DNA of 59,893 nucleotides from a virus. The number at the start of each line of letters is the position of its first letter. Within the stretch, counting starts at the first letter, position 1. The position numbers were made by a program, and so were the translations under genes. Shown here piece by piece: positions 27,207 through 36,920 of the stretch. Under the pieces are notes generated by a model. That model was not told where the DNA came from, made no database searches, and was given only the letters and a program-made list of their open reading frames with translations. The stretch is taken from positions 1-59,893 of IMG/VR virus record IMGVR_UViG_3300010401_000008. The stretch is one strand, 5' to 3'.

Positions 27207-27613
27207 CGACACCTACGGCCCAGCCCGCATCTCAGGTGATCGCAGATGCGCTACTAGATCTCAACGCAATCCGCGTCGGCCAGACACCAAGCGCGGACCA
27301 ACAAGCGCTGATGATTCGCAAGCTCAACGAGATGATGGCGCTGTGGGAGGCTGAGGGGCGGCACTTGGGATATGTGCCGATCGGAACGGTTACGGCCGTC
27401 CTGACCGTTCCGGATGCGGCGCTCGTGGGGATCCGTGCGAATCTTGCGATCTTCGCAGCGACTGCATTCGGTGCGACGGCTTCTCAGGAACTGATTGCGC
27501 TTGCGGACATGGGTCTCCAGACCATCCAGAAGATTTGCGTGCAGGAGATCCCGATCACGACGGATCTGCCGCCTTCAACTGACACGGGTTACTACGACAT
27601 CCGGATTGGCTGA
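27203..27613 (+). CDS. head-tail adaptor, P22 gp4-like
   Basis: ADALLDLNAIRVGQTPSADQQALMIRKLNEMMALWEAEG fits the gp4 tail-accessory family pattern. Synteny with the gp10-like gene. Confidence 0.5.
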   Translation: MTTPTAQPASQVIADALLDLNAIRVGQTPSADQQALMIRKLNEMMALWEAEGRHLGYVPIGTVTAVLTVPDAALVGIRANLAIFAATAFGATASQELIALADMGLQTIQKICVQEIPITTDLPPSTDTGYYDIRIG

Positions 27614-27618
27614 TGGGA

Positions 27619-28230
27619 TTATTCGGCAGATCGCGATCTGTTTCGCATTCGATGATAGGCGGCGCGCTTTGCTCGGTACTCAGGATTGGCGTACTGCTTG
27701 GCGCTGTTCTCTCGCGAACACAGCAGGCATCGACGACGAAGAGAGCCATTCTTCTGTTTGCCGAACTTGGTTGTCTGTGGCGTCCACTCGTGGCCACGAG
27801 CGCATGTGGTGGCTGAGTGCTTCGGATGGCGTCGCTTGGCGACCTTGTCTTGGGCATTAGTGAGATGCGTGCCCAAAAAAAGGTGGGCAGGATTGCAGCA
27901 GGGCGGGTTATCGCATTTGTGGCAGACGATTAAATCGGCAGGAATCGGGCCGATATGGGCTTGGAAGGCGAATCGATGTACGCAATCGGTAAATCCGTTG
28001 TACGTCATACGTCCGTACCCGGCCTTGTCGCGGCAGTCATTCCATTCCCAGCATCCTGTAGCCAGATCTAGTTGGACTCGACTGGAGATACGTTCCTTGA
28101 GAGACATGCTTCTGGGAGCGAGCCTCCTTATTGGTCTCATTTCAAGTCCGAGTCGATGAAGCCGATAGTGGACTTGGCAAAGATTCTTTGAGGCAGCTGG
28201 TCTGCCGCATTCAGGAATTAGGCAATTCAT
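27619..28230 (-). CDS. HNH homing endonuclease, antisense, between the gp4-like and gp10-like genes
   Basis: CLIPECGR..NLCQVHYRLHRLG, GCWEW..GYG..VHR..VCHKCDNPPCCNPAHLFLGT, TTCARGH...CLLCS. Confidence 0.8.
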   Translation of the reverse strand: MNCLIPECGRPAASKNLCQVHYRLHRLGLEMRPIRRLAPRSMSLKERISSRVQLDLATGCWEWNDCRDKAGYGRMTYNGFTDCVHRFAFQAHIGPIPADLIVCHKCDNPPCCNPAHLFLGTHLTNAQDKVAKRRHPKHSATTCARGHEWTPQTTKFGKQKNGSLRRRCLLCSRENSAKQYANPEYRAKRAAYHRMRNRSRSAE

Positions 28231-28241
28231 AGGCTATAAGT

Positions 28242-29654
28242 GTGTCACGGCTACCTCTACCTGTCCATTCCTATGCACTCCGTTCGAGACCTGCAAGCAG
28301 TGCGCGTCTCATTAATTGCGCACCGGAGCCACTGCCGAAGGATGCTAAATCCCCACTCGCATTGGTACGCTCGGCTGGTATTGGCTCGTGGACGACGGTG
28401 GGAACGGGCCCGATCTACGCCCTGCACAAGGCATTTGGATATCTGTGGGTGGTCTCAGGCTCAAAGCTCTGGCGCGTCGACCGTAATAAGACAGCAACCG
28501 AAATCGGCACTGTCGGGCTTGCCTCACGCATCGACATGGACCACAACATCACGACCCTCGTCGTGGTGAACAGTCCGAATGCGTTCTATTACGATACGAC
28601 GAGCTCAACGTTCGGCCAGATCACGGATGTCGACTTCACCTCGCGTGGTGCTACGGATGTGGAGTTTCTGGATAACTTCCTGCTCTTCATCGAGCCGGAC
28701 AGCGGGCGGTTCTTTTGTTCCGACGTCGGCAGTGCCACCAGTTTCGACAGCCTGAATTTCGCCACCGCCGAAGGTGCACCGGACAACCTCGTCGGGATCA
28801 AGGTCGCCCATCGTCAGGCGCTGCTCATGGGCGAGGAGACGATCGAGATCTGGGATCTTCGTGGCGGGTCAGGATTCCCGTTCCGGAGAGCCGCGAACGG
28901 CTATGTTGAGAGCGGCTGCGCCAATGGGGCGATGGCGGCGAAACAGGATCAGTCCGTATTCTGGGTGGCGCCGGACTATACGGTTCGGCGGCTCGATGGC
29001 CTGACGCCGCTTCGCATTTCAAACACTGGTATTGAACAGGCCCTCGGAGAAGTCACGATCTCTTCCGGCCTTGCCTATCCCTACTCGCAGGAAGGGCATC
29101 TCTACTACGTTCTTCAGTTCCCTGAACGCACACTGGTCTACGATGCCACGATCAAGGACTGGCATGAGCGCGAGTCCTACGGGTATCCATACTGGCTCGC
29201 GTGGAGTCACGAGCAGTTCGCGGGGCTGGAACTCGTAGGAGATATTCAGAGTAATCGCATCGGCTACCTCTCGCCGCTCATCTACTCAGACTGGGACTCG
29301 ATCCAGCGCATGCAATGGACCTATCAGTCGGTTTATGCCGCGGGGAATCCGGCATTCCATGACCGGCTCGAGATCATTGCAGACACTGGAGTTGGGCTCA
29401 TTTCGGGCCAAGGTTCGGATCCGCAGATGATGATGGAAGTCTCGGATGCCGGGGGTCGTATCGGAACCTTCCAGTCCCTGCCGACGCAGAGCATGGGGAA
29501 AATCGGTGAGTTCGGTGCCGTCTTGCAGTGGGGCCAGCTCGGCTCGTCCTATGATCGCGTGTATCAGGGTGCGATCAGTGATCCGGTGAAGGCCGTCATC
29601 ATCGACACGCAACTGACGGCGCGTGGCGCCAGACCCTGGTATCGGCAGACATGA
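28242..29654 (+). CDS. tail hub protein, P22 gp10-like
   Basis: 470 aa. ...TIEIWDLRGGSGFPF...LYYVLQFPERTLVYDATIKDWHE parallels P22 gp10 STIEYFSLTG...LLIIHLPRHVLVYDASS. GTG start. Confidence 0.65.
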   Translation: MSRLPLPVHSYALRSRPASSARLINCAPEPLPKDAKSPLALVRSAGIGSWTTVGTGPIYALHKAFGYLWVVSGSKLWRVDRNKTATEIGTVGLASRIDMDHNITTLVVVNSPNAFYYDTTSSTFGQITDVDFTSRGATDVEFLDNFLLFIEPDSGRFFCSDVGSATSFDSLNFATAEGAPDNLVGIKVAHRQALLMGEETIEIWDLRGGSGFPFRRAANGYVESGCANGAMAAKQDQSVFWVAPDYTVRRLDGLTPLRISNTGIEQALGEVTISSGLAYPYSQEGHLYYVLQFPERTLVYDATIKDWHERESYGYPYWLAWSHEQFAGLELVGDIQSNRIGYLSPLIYSDWDSIQRMQWTYQSVYAAGNPAFHDRLEIIADTGVGLISGQGSDPQMMMEVSDAGGRIGTFQSLPTQSMGKIGEFGAVLQWGQLGSSYDRVYQGAISDPVKAVIIDTQLTARGARPWYRQT

Positions 29655-30073
29655 GCAAACCGAACCGTACCTTCAGTTCGGTTCCGGGAGATGTGCGCGA
29701 CTGGACGCGATTCCTCTCGGAACTGTTTTTCGAAGATGAGTTCGAGACGACGCTTCTGGGCTGTGCCACGGATGAAACAGGAATAGCACGCTATACGGTA
29801 AGCGCGGGGATTGTCTGCCTGTCACTGCCGGATCTGTCGGCGGTCTCGAATTCGGTGTTGGCCTTCCTGTCCGGGCTGCCCGAAGAGATCACGCCTCAGC
29901 ATGATCAGCAATGTCTCGCGCGGGTGATCGACAACGGCGTGACGCAGATGGGGCTGGTGCAGGTGGGGATTGATACGGGGCTCACGATGTTTGCGGACCT
30001 TGATGGCGGCGCGTTCACAGGGGCTGGCACGAAAGGCGTGCGGTTTACCAACATCGTTTATCCCTTGGATTAG
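29651..30073 (+). CDS. hypothetical virion protein (140 aa)
   Basis: ATGA overlap with the gp10-like stop. Confidence 0.5.
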   Translation: MSKPNRTFSSVPGDVRDWTRFLSELFFEDEFETTLLGCATDETGIARYTVSAGIVCLSLPDLSAVSNSVLAFLSGLPEEITPQHDQQCLARVIDNGVTQMGLVQVGIDTGLTMFADLDGGAFTGAGTKGVRFTNIVYPLD

Positions 30074-30075
30074 TA

Positions 30076-30543
30076 ATGCAGCACCTCGTTGCGCTTTTTA
30101 CGCCTGACAATGTGCCGCAGGCAGAGATGCGTGCGCGCGTGCTGCGGCTGGAGGATGAGTTGCGGAAGTATCCGCAGCTTCCAGAAGAGGTGAAGCATCA
30201 CTTCTCGCCGGGGATCTATGCACGCGAACTCTTCATTCCGAAGGGCGCGATTCTCACCGGCAAGATTCACCGGGCGGCGCATCTCAACTTTCTGGTGAAG
30301 GGCGATATCTCAGTGTTGACCGAGCACGGGGTAAAACGTCTGATCGCGCCGTGTGCGATTACTTCTGGAGCCGGCATAAAACGGGCCGGATACGCGCACG
30401 AAGACAGTATCTGGATAGCCGTGCATCCAAACCCCGATGACGAGCGTGACTTGGAGAAGCTCGAGGCGCGCTATATCGCGCCAACCTTCGACGCACTGGA
30501 AACAGATCGCGTCGAAGCCGATCGAATCGCAGGAGAAAGCTAG
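30076..30543 (+). CDS. cupin-like small protein
   Basis: HHFSPGIYARELFIPKGAILTGKIHRAAHLNFLVKGDISV..., a beta-barrel pattern. Confidence 0.4.
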   Translation: MQHLVALFTPDNVPQAEMRARVLRLEDELRKYPQLPEEVKHHFSPGIYARELFIPKGAILTGKIHRAAHLNFLVKGDISVLTEHGVKRLIAPCAITSGAGIKRAGYAHEDSIWIAVHPNPDDERDLEKLEARYIAPTFDALETDRVEADRIAGES

Positions 30544-31082
30544 TGAGCGAAAATTGGTTGCCCATCAAAGGGTACGAAGGACGCTATGCGGTCTCCGACC
30601 GCGGCAACGTTCTGTCGATGACATGGGGAAATACGAATCTGCCGAAGATCCTGAAGGCGGGTCTGAGTCGAGGCTATGCGAGCGTCTTTCTGTATGACGA
30701 AAATCATCAGGCTCGGCGCTTCACTGTGCATAGGCTTGTTATGGAAGCGTTTGCAGGAGAGCGCCCCAAGGGAATGCAGATCAATCACAAGAACGGCATT
30801 AAGGCCGACAATCGACTGGAAAATCTGGAGTACTGCACCAACTCGCAGAACATGAAGCATGCACATGCGACTGGCTTGCAAAGCAACCGCGGCGAGAAAA
30901 GCAGTCAATCGAAATTCACTGATGCAGATGTGATAGCGATTCGGCGCCGTTATAAAGCTGGCGAAAAGCAAACAGCGATCGCGCGAGAATATGGCGTGCA
31001 TCCATCCGCCGTATCCAATTTGATTAGTGGCCGTAACTGGTCGCATATCCCATTTGAGGGAGAAGGCAGGGTAATCCAATAA
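30543..31082 (+). CDS. NUMOD4/HNH_3 homing endonuclease with C-terminal HTH
   Basis: WLPIKGYEGRYAVSDRGNV (NUMOD4), VHRLVMEAF...INHKNGIKADNRLENLEYCT..QN, then IAREYGV..SAVSNLISGRNW. Low GC. Confidence 0.85.
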   Translation: MSENWLPIKGYEGRYAVSDRGNVLSMTWGNTNLPKILKAGLSRGYASVFLYDENHQARRFTVHRLVMEAFAGERPKGMQINHKNGIKADNRLENLEYCTNSQNMKHAHATGLQSNRGEKSSQSKFTDADVIAIRRRYKAGEKQTAIAREYGVHPSAVSNLISGRNWSHIPFEGEGRVIQ

Positions 31083-31093
31083 GCTGGGCGGCC

Positions 31094-32269
31094 GTGATAG
31101 TAGGTGGTGCTGCGCTGGTTGGCGGCGTAGTCAGCAGTCAGGGCGCGAAGGATGCATCGAAGGCGCAGGCCGGTGCATCCGGGCAAGCGATCAACGAACA
31201 GCGCAGGCAGTTCGACACGCTGCTCTCCCTCACCGCTCCACAGCGGAACATCGGCAATCAGGCGCTCGCGACGCTCGGTGGTGTCTACGGCTATTCACCG
31301 ACGGCTGGCGGTACCGGTCTGCCGGCATCTTATGGCGCCAATGGCCTCTATCAGCCGCAGTTCGGCACGCCGAATATCAATGACACCACGATCGGCAAGA
31401 CGGCGACGAACCTGTTCAATCCGGGTGGCAGCGCGTTTGAGCTACTGGGCGTCAAGCCCAATTCGACGCTCGGCAAGATCGTCGATCCGCTGGGTGGCAC
31501 GCTGGGCAAGATCTTCGGTAGTACGCACGGGGATGAGAAGCGCAATATCAATGCGTTCATGCAGGCCTTCCCCGGCATCATGGATATGGGCAATGGCATG
31601 GTGGCGCTGCCCGATGGCACGCAACTTCCGGCAAGCCAGCTCCAGCAACTCGCAGGAACCTGGTATGGCGCGACCTTCGCCCCCGATGGTGATCAGGCCG
31701 GCTGGCAGCAGAAATACAATGCGATGCTCGGCGGTCTCAAGTCGAGCCCGCTCAATGCGAACCGGGCCAACGTCGGACAGGCGGGTAACGGGCTGACCTC
31801 TGACGGTGTACAGCAGGGATTCACCGCCAATCAGGGCATGACGCCCACTGGCCAGCCCACGGGCAACGGACTCACGGCGCCGGACTATTCCGCGTTCTAC
31901 AAATCCCCGGATTACAACTTCCGCATGAAGGAAGGGCTGAGCGCTGTTCAGAACAGTGCTGCGGCGGATGGCGGGCTCTACTCTGGAAACGCACTCCGGG
32001 GGATCGAGGACTATGGACAGGGAGTTGCAGCCGGCGGCTTCAACGACTGGTTCAAGAATCAGCTGGCGCTGGCCGGCATCGGTACCGGTGCCACGAGTCA
32101 GGCGGGGCAGGGCGCGATTGCAATGGGTGCGAACGTCGGGAATCTGCTCATTGATCAGGGCAACGCGCGTGCTTCGGGAATCGCCGGGCAGAGTGCTTCA
32201 TGGGCGAACCTGATCAATCAGCTGGGTCTTCTCGGCGGCTACAAGTATGGGAATGCGTTAGGGGGATGA
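31094..32269 (+). CDS. internal virion / ejection protein candidate
   Basis: 391 aa, Gly/Gln/Ala-rich. In the P22 ejection-protein position. Confidence 0.4.
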   Translation: MIVGGAALVGGVVSSQGAKDASKAQAGASGQAINEQRRQFDTLLSLTAPQRNIGNQALATLGGVYGYSPTAGGTGLPASYGANGLYQPQFGTPNINDTTIGKTATNLFNPGGSAFELLGVKPNSTLGKIVDPLGGTLGKIFGSTHGDEKRNINAFMQAFPGIMDMGNGMVALPDGTQLPASQLQQLAGTWYGATFAPDGDQAGWQQKYNAMLGGLKSSPLNANRANVGQAGNGLTSDGVQQGFTANQGMTPTGQPTGNGLTAPDYSAFYKSPDYNFRMKEGLSAVQNSAAADGGLYSGNALRGIEDYGQGVAAGGFNDWFKNQLALAGIGTGATSQAGQGAIAMGANVGNLLIDQGNARASGIAGQSASWANLINQLGLLGGYKYGNALGG

Positions 32270-32272
32270 TCT

Positions 32273-33655
32273 GTGGCGAATGAAATTTCTCTCGCCTCTC
32301 CTGTAAGCGCCTTCCTGCAGGGCCGGCAGGCCAATCAGGAAAACCAACTGGCGCAGATGCGCATTCAGCAGGGGCAGGAGGCACAGCAGCGCGACGTCCA
32401 GTTCCGTCAGGCATTGCCTGCCTATCTCACAGGTGGCACCAACGCGCTCGCTGCGCTCTATGCGGCCGACCCTGAGCGGGCCATGCAGGCGCAGCAGTTT
32501 CAGATGCAACAGAACCAGTTGCAGCAGGCGCAGATCGTCGAGAAGGCGAAGCGCGCGCATGCTCAGGCCAGCGGTGTGCTGAATTCGGCATCCCCTGCAA
32601 AGTACATGCAGGTGCTTTTGCCCGACATCGCCAAACAGTGGGCCGCGCATAACGGCAAGTCGCCTGATGAATTGACCGATGAGGATGCGAAAGCACTCGC
32701 GAGCGAAGTTGCGGCCCAGGCGGGCGCTGCAGCGGGAATTGATCCGAAGCTCGAGGAGAAGGATCTCGGTGATCGAATCGCGGTGATCGACCCGCTCACG
32801 GGACGCACCCTTCGCGAGATACCGAAAGCGGCGACACCCGGCGAGAAACTCTCCGCACAGACCTCACGCGCGAACAATGCAGCAACGGTCGCCGCCACGA
32901 TTCGGGGTCAGGACATCACGGGTGCAGACAAGGGCATCCCGCAGGGCTATGAAAAAGATCCCGCGAATCCCGGTGCACTACGGCCCATCGCTGGCGGTCC
33001 GCACGATCCGAATTCAACCTCGACCGGCATGGATTCACGCTCGAGCGTGATGTTCAACCGGGTGGCCGCTTCCGCTCAGGCCGCTTCGAAGGCGATCTCG
33101 AACATCATGGAATTGCCGGTCACGACGAGCAGTGGGTTCTTCGGCACTGCGGAACCGGGGCACGGACTACTGGATTCTGCGCGTAACGTACTTGCGCAAA
33201 AGGTGACCGGACAGGAAGCGCAGGATTTCAAGACGATGGTGGCGGGTGTCTCACGTAATCTCTCCACGATCGAGACAGCGGGTCTTGCGCCGAACGGCGC
33301 TATCACGAACTCCATGAATGCCGTGCTTCTGGGTGAAGGCGATACCCAGATGACGAAGCTGCGCAAGATGGCGGAGATGCGGCAAATCGTGGAAGAGAAT
33401 CTGAAGCCGCAGCTTGCGAACCCGAAACTTGCGCCGGCGCAGAAAGATCTGGTGCGCGAGATCATTGGCAATGTGCAACGGGCCGTTCCATTCACACATC
33501 ACGACATCACCCTGCTGCAACAGTCGAAAGATCCCAAGGCGACGATTGCGGACTTCGCGATCCAGAAAGGGTTACCGACCACAGGTGAAATCACCGCGAC
33601 CGGTCCGGGAGGCAAGCAGCTCGTGCTGCGCAATGGTCGGTGGGTACCGAAATAA
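32273..33655 (+). CDS. internal virion / ejection protein candidate
   Basis: 460 aa with an N-terminal Gln-rich coiled coil. GTG after GGGGGA. Confidence 0.4.
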   Translation: MANEISLASPVSAFLQGRQANQENQLAQMRIQQGQEAQQRDVQFRQALPAYLTGGTNALAALYAADPERAMQAQQFQMQQNQLQQAQIVEKAKRAHAQASGVLNSASPAKYMQVLLPDIAKQWAAHNGKSPDELTDEDAKALASEVAAQAGAAAGIDPKLEEKDLGDRIAVIDPLTGRTLREIPKAATPGEKLSAQTSRANNAATVAATIRGQDITGADKGIPQGYEKDPANPGALRPIAGGPHDPNSTSTGMDSRSSVMFNRVAASAQAASKAISNIMELPVTTSSGFFGTAEPGHGLLDSARNVLAQKVTGQEAQDFKTMVAGVSRNLSTIETAGLAPNGAITNSMNAVLLGEGDTQMTKLRKMAEMRQIVEENLKPQLANPKLAPAQKDLVREIIGNVQRAVPFTHHDITLLQQSKDPKATIADFAIQKGLPTTGEITATGPGGKQLVLRNGRWVPK

Positions 33656-35853
33656 TGGCCGATCTTCCGCCCCTGCCGCCGGGATTTACTCTCGATACGC
33701 CGGATGCGCCAGCGGGCCAACGTATGGCTGGCAACATTGATCTGCATTCCCGCCCTGTGGTGAAGAACCCAGACGGCACAATCAGTACCGTGCGTTCGAT
33801 CTCGGTTGGCACCGATCAGGGCGAAGTGCTCATACCGACTGTCAGCGAGGATGGTCGAATCATGAGCGATCAAGAGGCCATTCAACAGTATCGGAAAAGT
33901 GGTCAGCATCTGGGTATTTTCGATACGCCGCAAAATGCCACGGCATACGCGCAGAACCTTCACAACGATCAGGCGCGCGAATATGGCGGGGTGAATATTC
34001 CGCCGTTGCCAGAAGGATTCACGCTCGATGTTAAACCCTCCCTGCAGGCACAGCCTGCAGCCTCATTAAGACGAACGCTCACATTGGGAGCTCGCGCGGC
34101 GGGTGAAGGCGCGGCAAGCGTCGGGACCGCATTTGCCGATCTCGCCATGAATTCTCCCGTGGCCCAGATGATCCCCGCAAGCCCGCCAGCCCTGATTGGC
34201 TCAGGAGTGCAACAGGCAACGGGTCATACGCCGGTCTTCTGGGCGGTGAAGGCGTTCAACAAACTGAGCGGCGCGAACGTACCAGAGACAGAGACATTCC
34301 AGAACCTGCTCGAGAATGCGATGACGCAGGCCGGTGCGCCGACGCCGCAGACTTCGAACGAGAAACTCGGCTCTGCCGCCGTCAAAGGCACCGCAGCGGC
34401 GCTCACAGGCTCGATGGCTGGGGGCGTGACCGGGGTTGGCAACATGGTCAGGGCGGGCCTGAGTGGGGCCTCTGGTGGCACGGCGGCGGAAGTCGCCAAA
34501 CAATCCGGCGCGGGTCCATTGGGCCAGATGGTGGCCGGAACTGTCGGCGGTATGGCGCCCGCGGTCCTTGAGGGTACAGCACGACTTGCCAGTCAGGTTG
34601 CCCGTGGCGCGGTTCGACCTCTCACCCGCAGCGGGCAGGAAATCGCCGCCGCACAGTTGCTGCAGGAGAATGCCAGCAATCCGGAGCAGGCTGCGGCGAA
34701 TCTCGAACAGGCCGCGCCCATCGTGCCAGGCTCTGCGCGTACCACTGGCGAAGCGTCGAAGGATGTTGGCCTCCTCGCCCTCGAGAAGGGCGTTCGCGGC
34801 AAGAACGCAGCGGCCTTTGGGGAACGGCTCTCGGAACAGAACGCTGCCCGTCAGGCCGAGCTCGGATCCGTCGCGGGAACTCCCGCGGACCTTGCGGCTG
34901 CTAAGACTGCGCGGGATGCGGCAACCGGGCCCATGCGGGATGCGGCGCTTGTATCAGGAGGAACGGCAGATGTCGCGCCAGTTCACGCGAAGATCGATGC
35001 GATCCTTTCCTCGCCCGCCGGTGCGCGCGAGTCAGTGGCGTCTGCGCTGAACTGGGCAAAAAACCGGATCGGCGATAATACGGACCCGGCGACACTGTAC
35101 GAAGTTCGCAAGGATCTCCAGCTTGCACAGATGGGCAAACTCCAGCCCTCTTCAGCAAACGCACCCAACGCCTCGACCCTCGCTCAGGCGCGAGGACAGC
35201 TAGGGGATATCGTGAGTGAGCTGGATAACAGTATCGAAGCCGCCGCGCCAGGATTCAAAGCCTACCTTGCGCGCTACAAGGAACTGTCGCAGCCCATCGA
35301 CCAGATGAAGGTGATGCAGGAGATCCAGCGTCGTGCCCAGCTGACGACCGCCGATATCACGACGCAGCAAAACTTCCTTGGATCTTCAGCCTATGCGAAG
35401 GCACTCGACAGCGCGCTCCAGAAAACGAACAACAAGATCTCCCCGGAGCAGCTCCAGCGGTTGGAAGCGATCCGAACCGATCTTCAGTACGGGCAGGCGA
35501 TCAATAGTTCCCTGATCAAGGCGCCTGGCTCTGACACCTATCAGAATCTCTCGATTGCACAGGTGATCGGCGCGGGGCCCAAGGGCGCGCATCCGGTCTT
35601 CAAAATATTGTCCACGCCTCTCAAATGGCTCTACAAAGCGGCAGGGTCGGACGAGAAGATCAGCCAGATTCTCGCGAATGCGATGCTCGATCCAAAGCTC
35701 GGAGCGGCGATGTTGAAACGGGCGACGCCCTCAACGATGGCGCAGTTCTCGAGTCAGCTGCGTCAGAACATGGGGATCTCAGCTCTTGCAACCGCAAATG
35801 TAGTTGCCTCGCAGAGGCCATCGCAATCAACAACGTCAGATATCCGGCCATGA
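33655..35853 (+). CDS. internal virion / ejection protein candidate
   Basis: 732 aa. N-terminal motif GNIDLHSRPVVKNPDGTISTVRSISV...EVLIPTVSEDGRIMSDQEAI. TAATG coupling. Confidence 0.4.
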   Translation: MADLPPLPPGFTLDTPDAPAGQRMAGNIDLHSRPVVKNPDGTISTVRSISVGTDQGEVLIPTVSEDGRIMSDQEAIQQYRKSGQHLGIFDTPQNATAYAQNLHNDQAREYGGVNIPPLPEGFTLDVKPSLQAQPAASLRRTLTLGARAAGEGAASVGTAFADLAMNSPVAQMIPASPPALIGSGVQQATGHTPVFWAVKAFNKLSGANVPETETFQNLLENAMTQAGAPTPQTSNEKLGSAAVKGTAAALTGSMAGGVTGVGNMVRAGLSGASGGTAAEVAKQSGAGPLGQMVAGTVGGMAPAVLEGTARLASQVARGAVRPLTRSGQEIAAAQLLQENASNPEQAAANLEQAAPIVPGSARTTGEASKDVGLLALEKGVRGKNAAAFGERLSEQNAARQAELGSVAGTPADLAAAKTARDAATGPMRDAALVSGGTADVAPVHAKIDAILSSPAGARESVASALNWAKNRIGDNTDPATLYEVRKDLQLAQMGKLQPSSANAPNASTLAQARGQLGDIVSELDNSIEAAAPGFKAYLARYKELSQPIDQMKVMQEIQRRAQLTTADITTQQNFLGSSAYAKALDSALQKTNNKISPEQLQRLEAIRTDLQYGQAINSSLIKAPGSDTYQNLSIAQVIGAGPKGAHPVFKILSTPLKWLYKAAGSDEKISQILANAMLDPKLGAAMLKRATPSTMAQFSSQLRQNMGISALATANVVASQRPSQSTTSDIRP

Positions 35854-36017
35854 TTCCGAGCGGCAGGAAGAGCACCAAAGCAAGAATGGATACTGCGCTT
35901 CCGATGCCCAGCAGGATCATGAGACAGACCGGCCGGAACAACCACAAGATCACGTATTCGGCCGTCCTCGCGCGGTTTTTATATAAGTCCATTTCGCCGA
36001 GTCTAGCACCCGGATAA
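35850..36017 (+). CDS. possible 55-aa basic protein (competes with an antisense two-TM ORF)
   Basis: ATGA overlap upstream, and it ends 3 nt before the fibre ATG. The antisense frame (35992 downward) encodes YVILWLFRPVCLMILLGIGSAVSILALVLFLPLGIMAGYL. Confidence 0.3.
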   Translation: MIPSGRKSTKARMDTALPMPSRIMRQTGRNNHKITYSAVLARFLYKSISPSLAPG

Positions 36018-36020
36018 TCC

Positions 36021-36920
36021 ATGCCGCAGTTACTGACGTTACCATTGGCGGTCCCGCTGTCATCGGCCGGCCTCCTGTTGCCCGGAGCCAGGCTTTCATT
36101 CTTCGCCACTGGCACCAGCACCCCACAGCCGGTCTACAGCGATATCGGCCTCAGCGCCGCGCGTACCCAGCCCGTTGAGGCCAACGGTGCTGGAGTTTTC
36201 CCAGTCATCTATCTCGATCCATCGTTGCCGAACTACCGCATTCTGTTAACCGATTCGGCCAACGTCACGCTGCCGGGTTACCCGATCGATGACGTCCCCT
36301 CGAACCAGAGCACCTCCCAGCAGTTCCGGCTGAAAGCGGGCGCTCCCTCGCTGACCTTCGAAGAGACCGATGCCAGCGGTGGAAACAAGATCTGGCGTAT
36401 CAGAGCGAACGCGGAAAAGCTGCTCATCGAGCTGCTGAGCGATGACGAAGGCACGGTCGTTACAATTGCGGAGATGACCCGAACGGGTACGGCGCCGGGC
36501 TCGCTGAACTTCGCCGGTCAGTATCTGCGCGTGAACAATCTGCTTACCGCCACGCAGGAAGCGACGTCGATAGCGGCGGCGAATCTCACCGGCTGTACAG
36601 CCACCATCACTGGCGCGGTAACGGTTCGGCGAACGGGCACGAAAGTCTCTCTGTACTTCCCGAATGCCATCACCGGGACTTCCAATACAACAGCCCTGTC
36701 GCTCACGAATATGGGCTCGCTCAACTTCTCTTCGGGCGGCACGGTACTTTGCCGTGTCGTCGACAACGGAGTCATTGTGCTGGGAACGGCGACTATCGGC
36801 TCTTCGAGCATCATATTTGGAGTCGGCGCAGTGGGAGGCAATTTCACAGGCTCAGGTACGAAAGGCATTCCGGCCGGAACGCTGATCATCTACGACACGG
36901 ATCTTGCGAGCACCGCATGA
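36021..36920 (+). CDS. tail fibre with a shared N-terminal anchor domain
   Basis: The N-terminal ~95 aa are paralogous to those of 36917-39004 (GAR..FF.T.T.TP.PVY.D.GL...TQPVEA...G..P.IYLDPS). Confidence 0.6.
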   Translation: MPQLLTLPLAVPLSSAGLLLPGARLSFFATGTSTPQPVYSDIGLSAARTQPVEANGAGVFPVIYLDPSLPNYRILLTDSANVTLPGYPIDDVPSNQSTSQQFRLKAGAPSLTFEETDASGGNKIWRIRANAEKLLIELLSDDEGTVVTIAEMTRTGTAPGSLNFAGQYLRVNNLLTATQEATSIAAANLTGCTATITGAVTVRRTGTKVSLYFPNAITGTSNTTALSLTNMGSLNFSSGGTVLCRVVDNGVIVLGTATIGSSSIIFGVGAVGGNFTGSGTKGIPAGTLIIYDTDLASTA

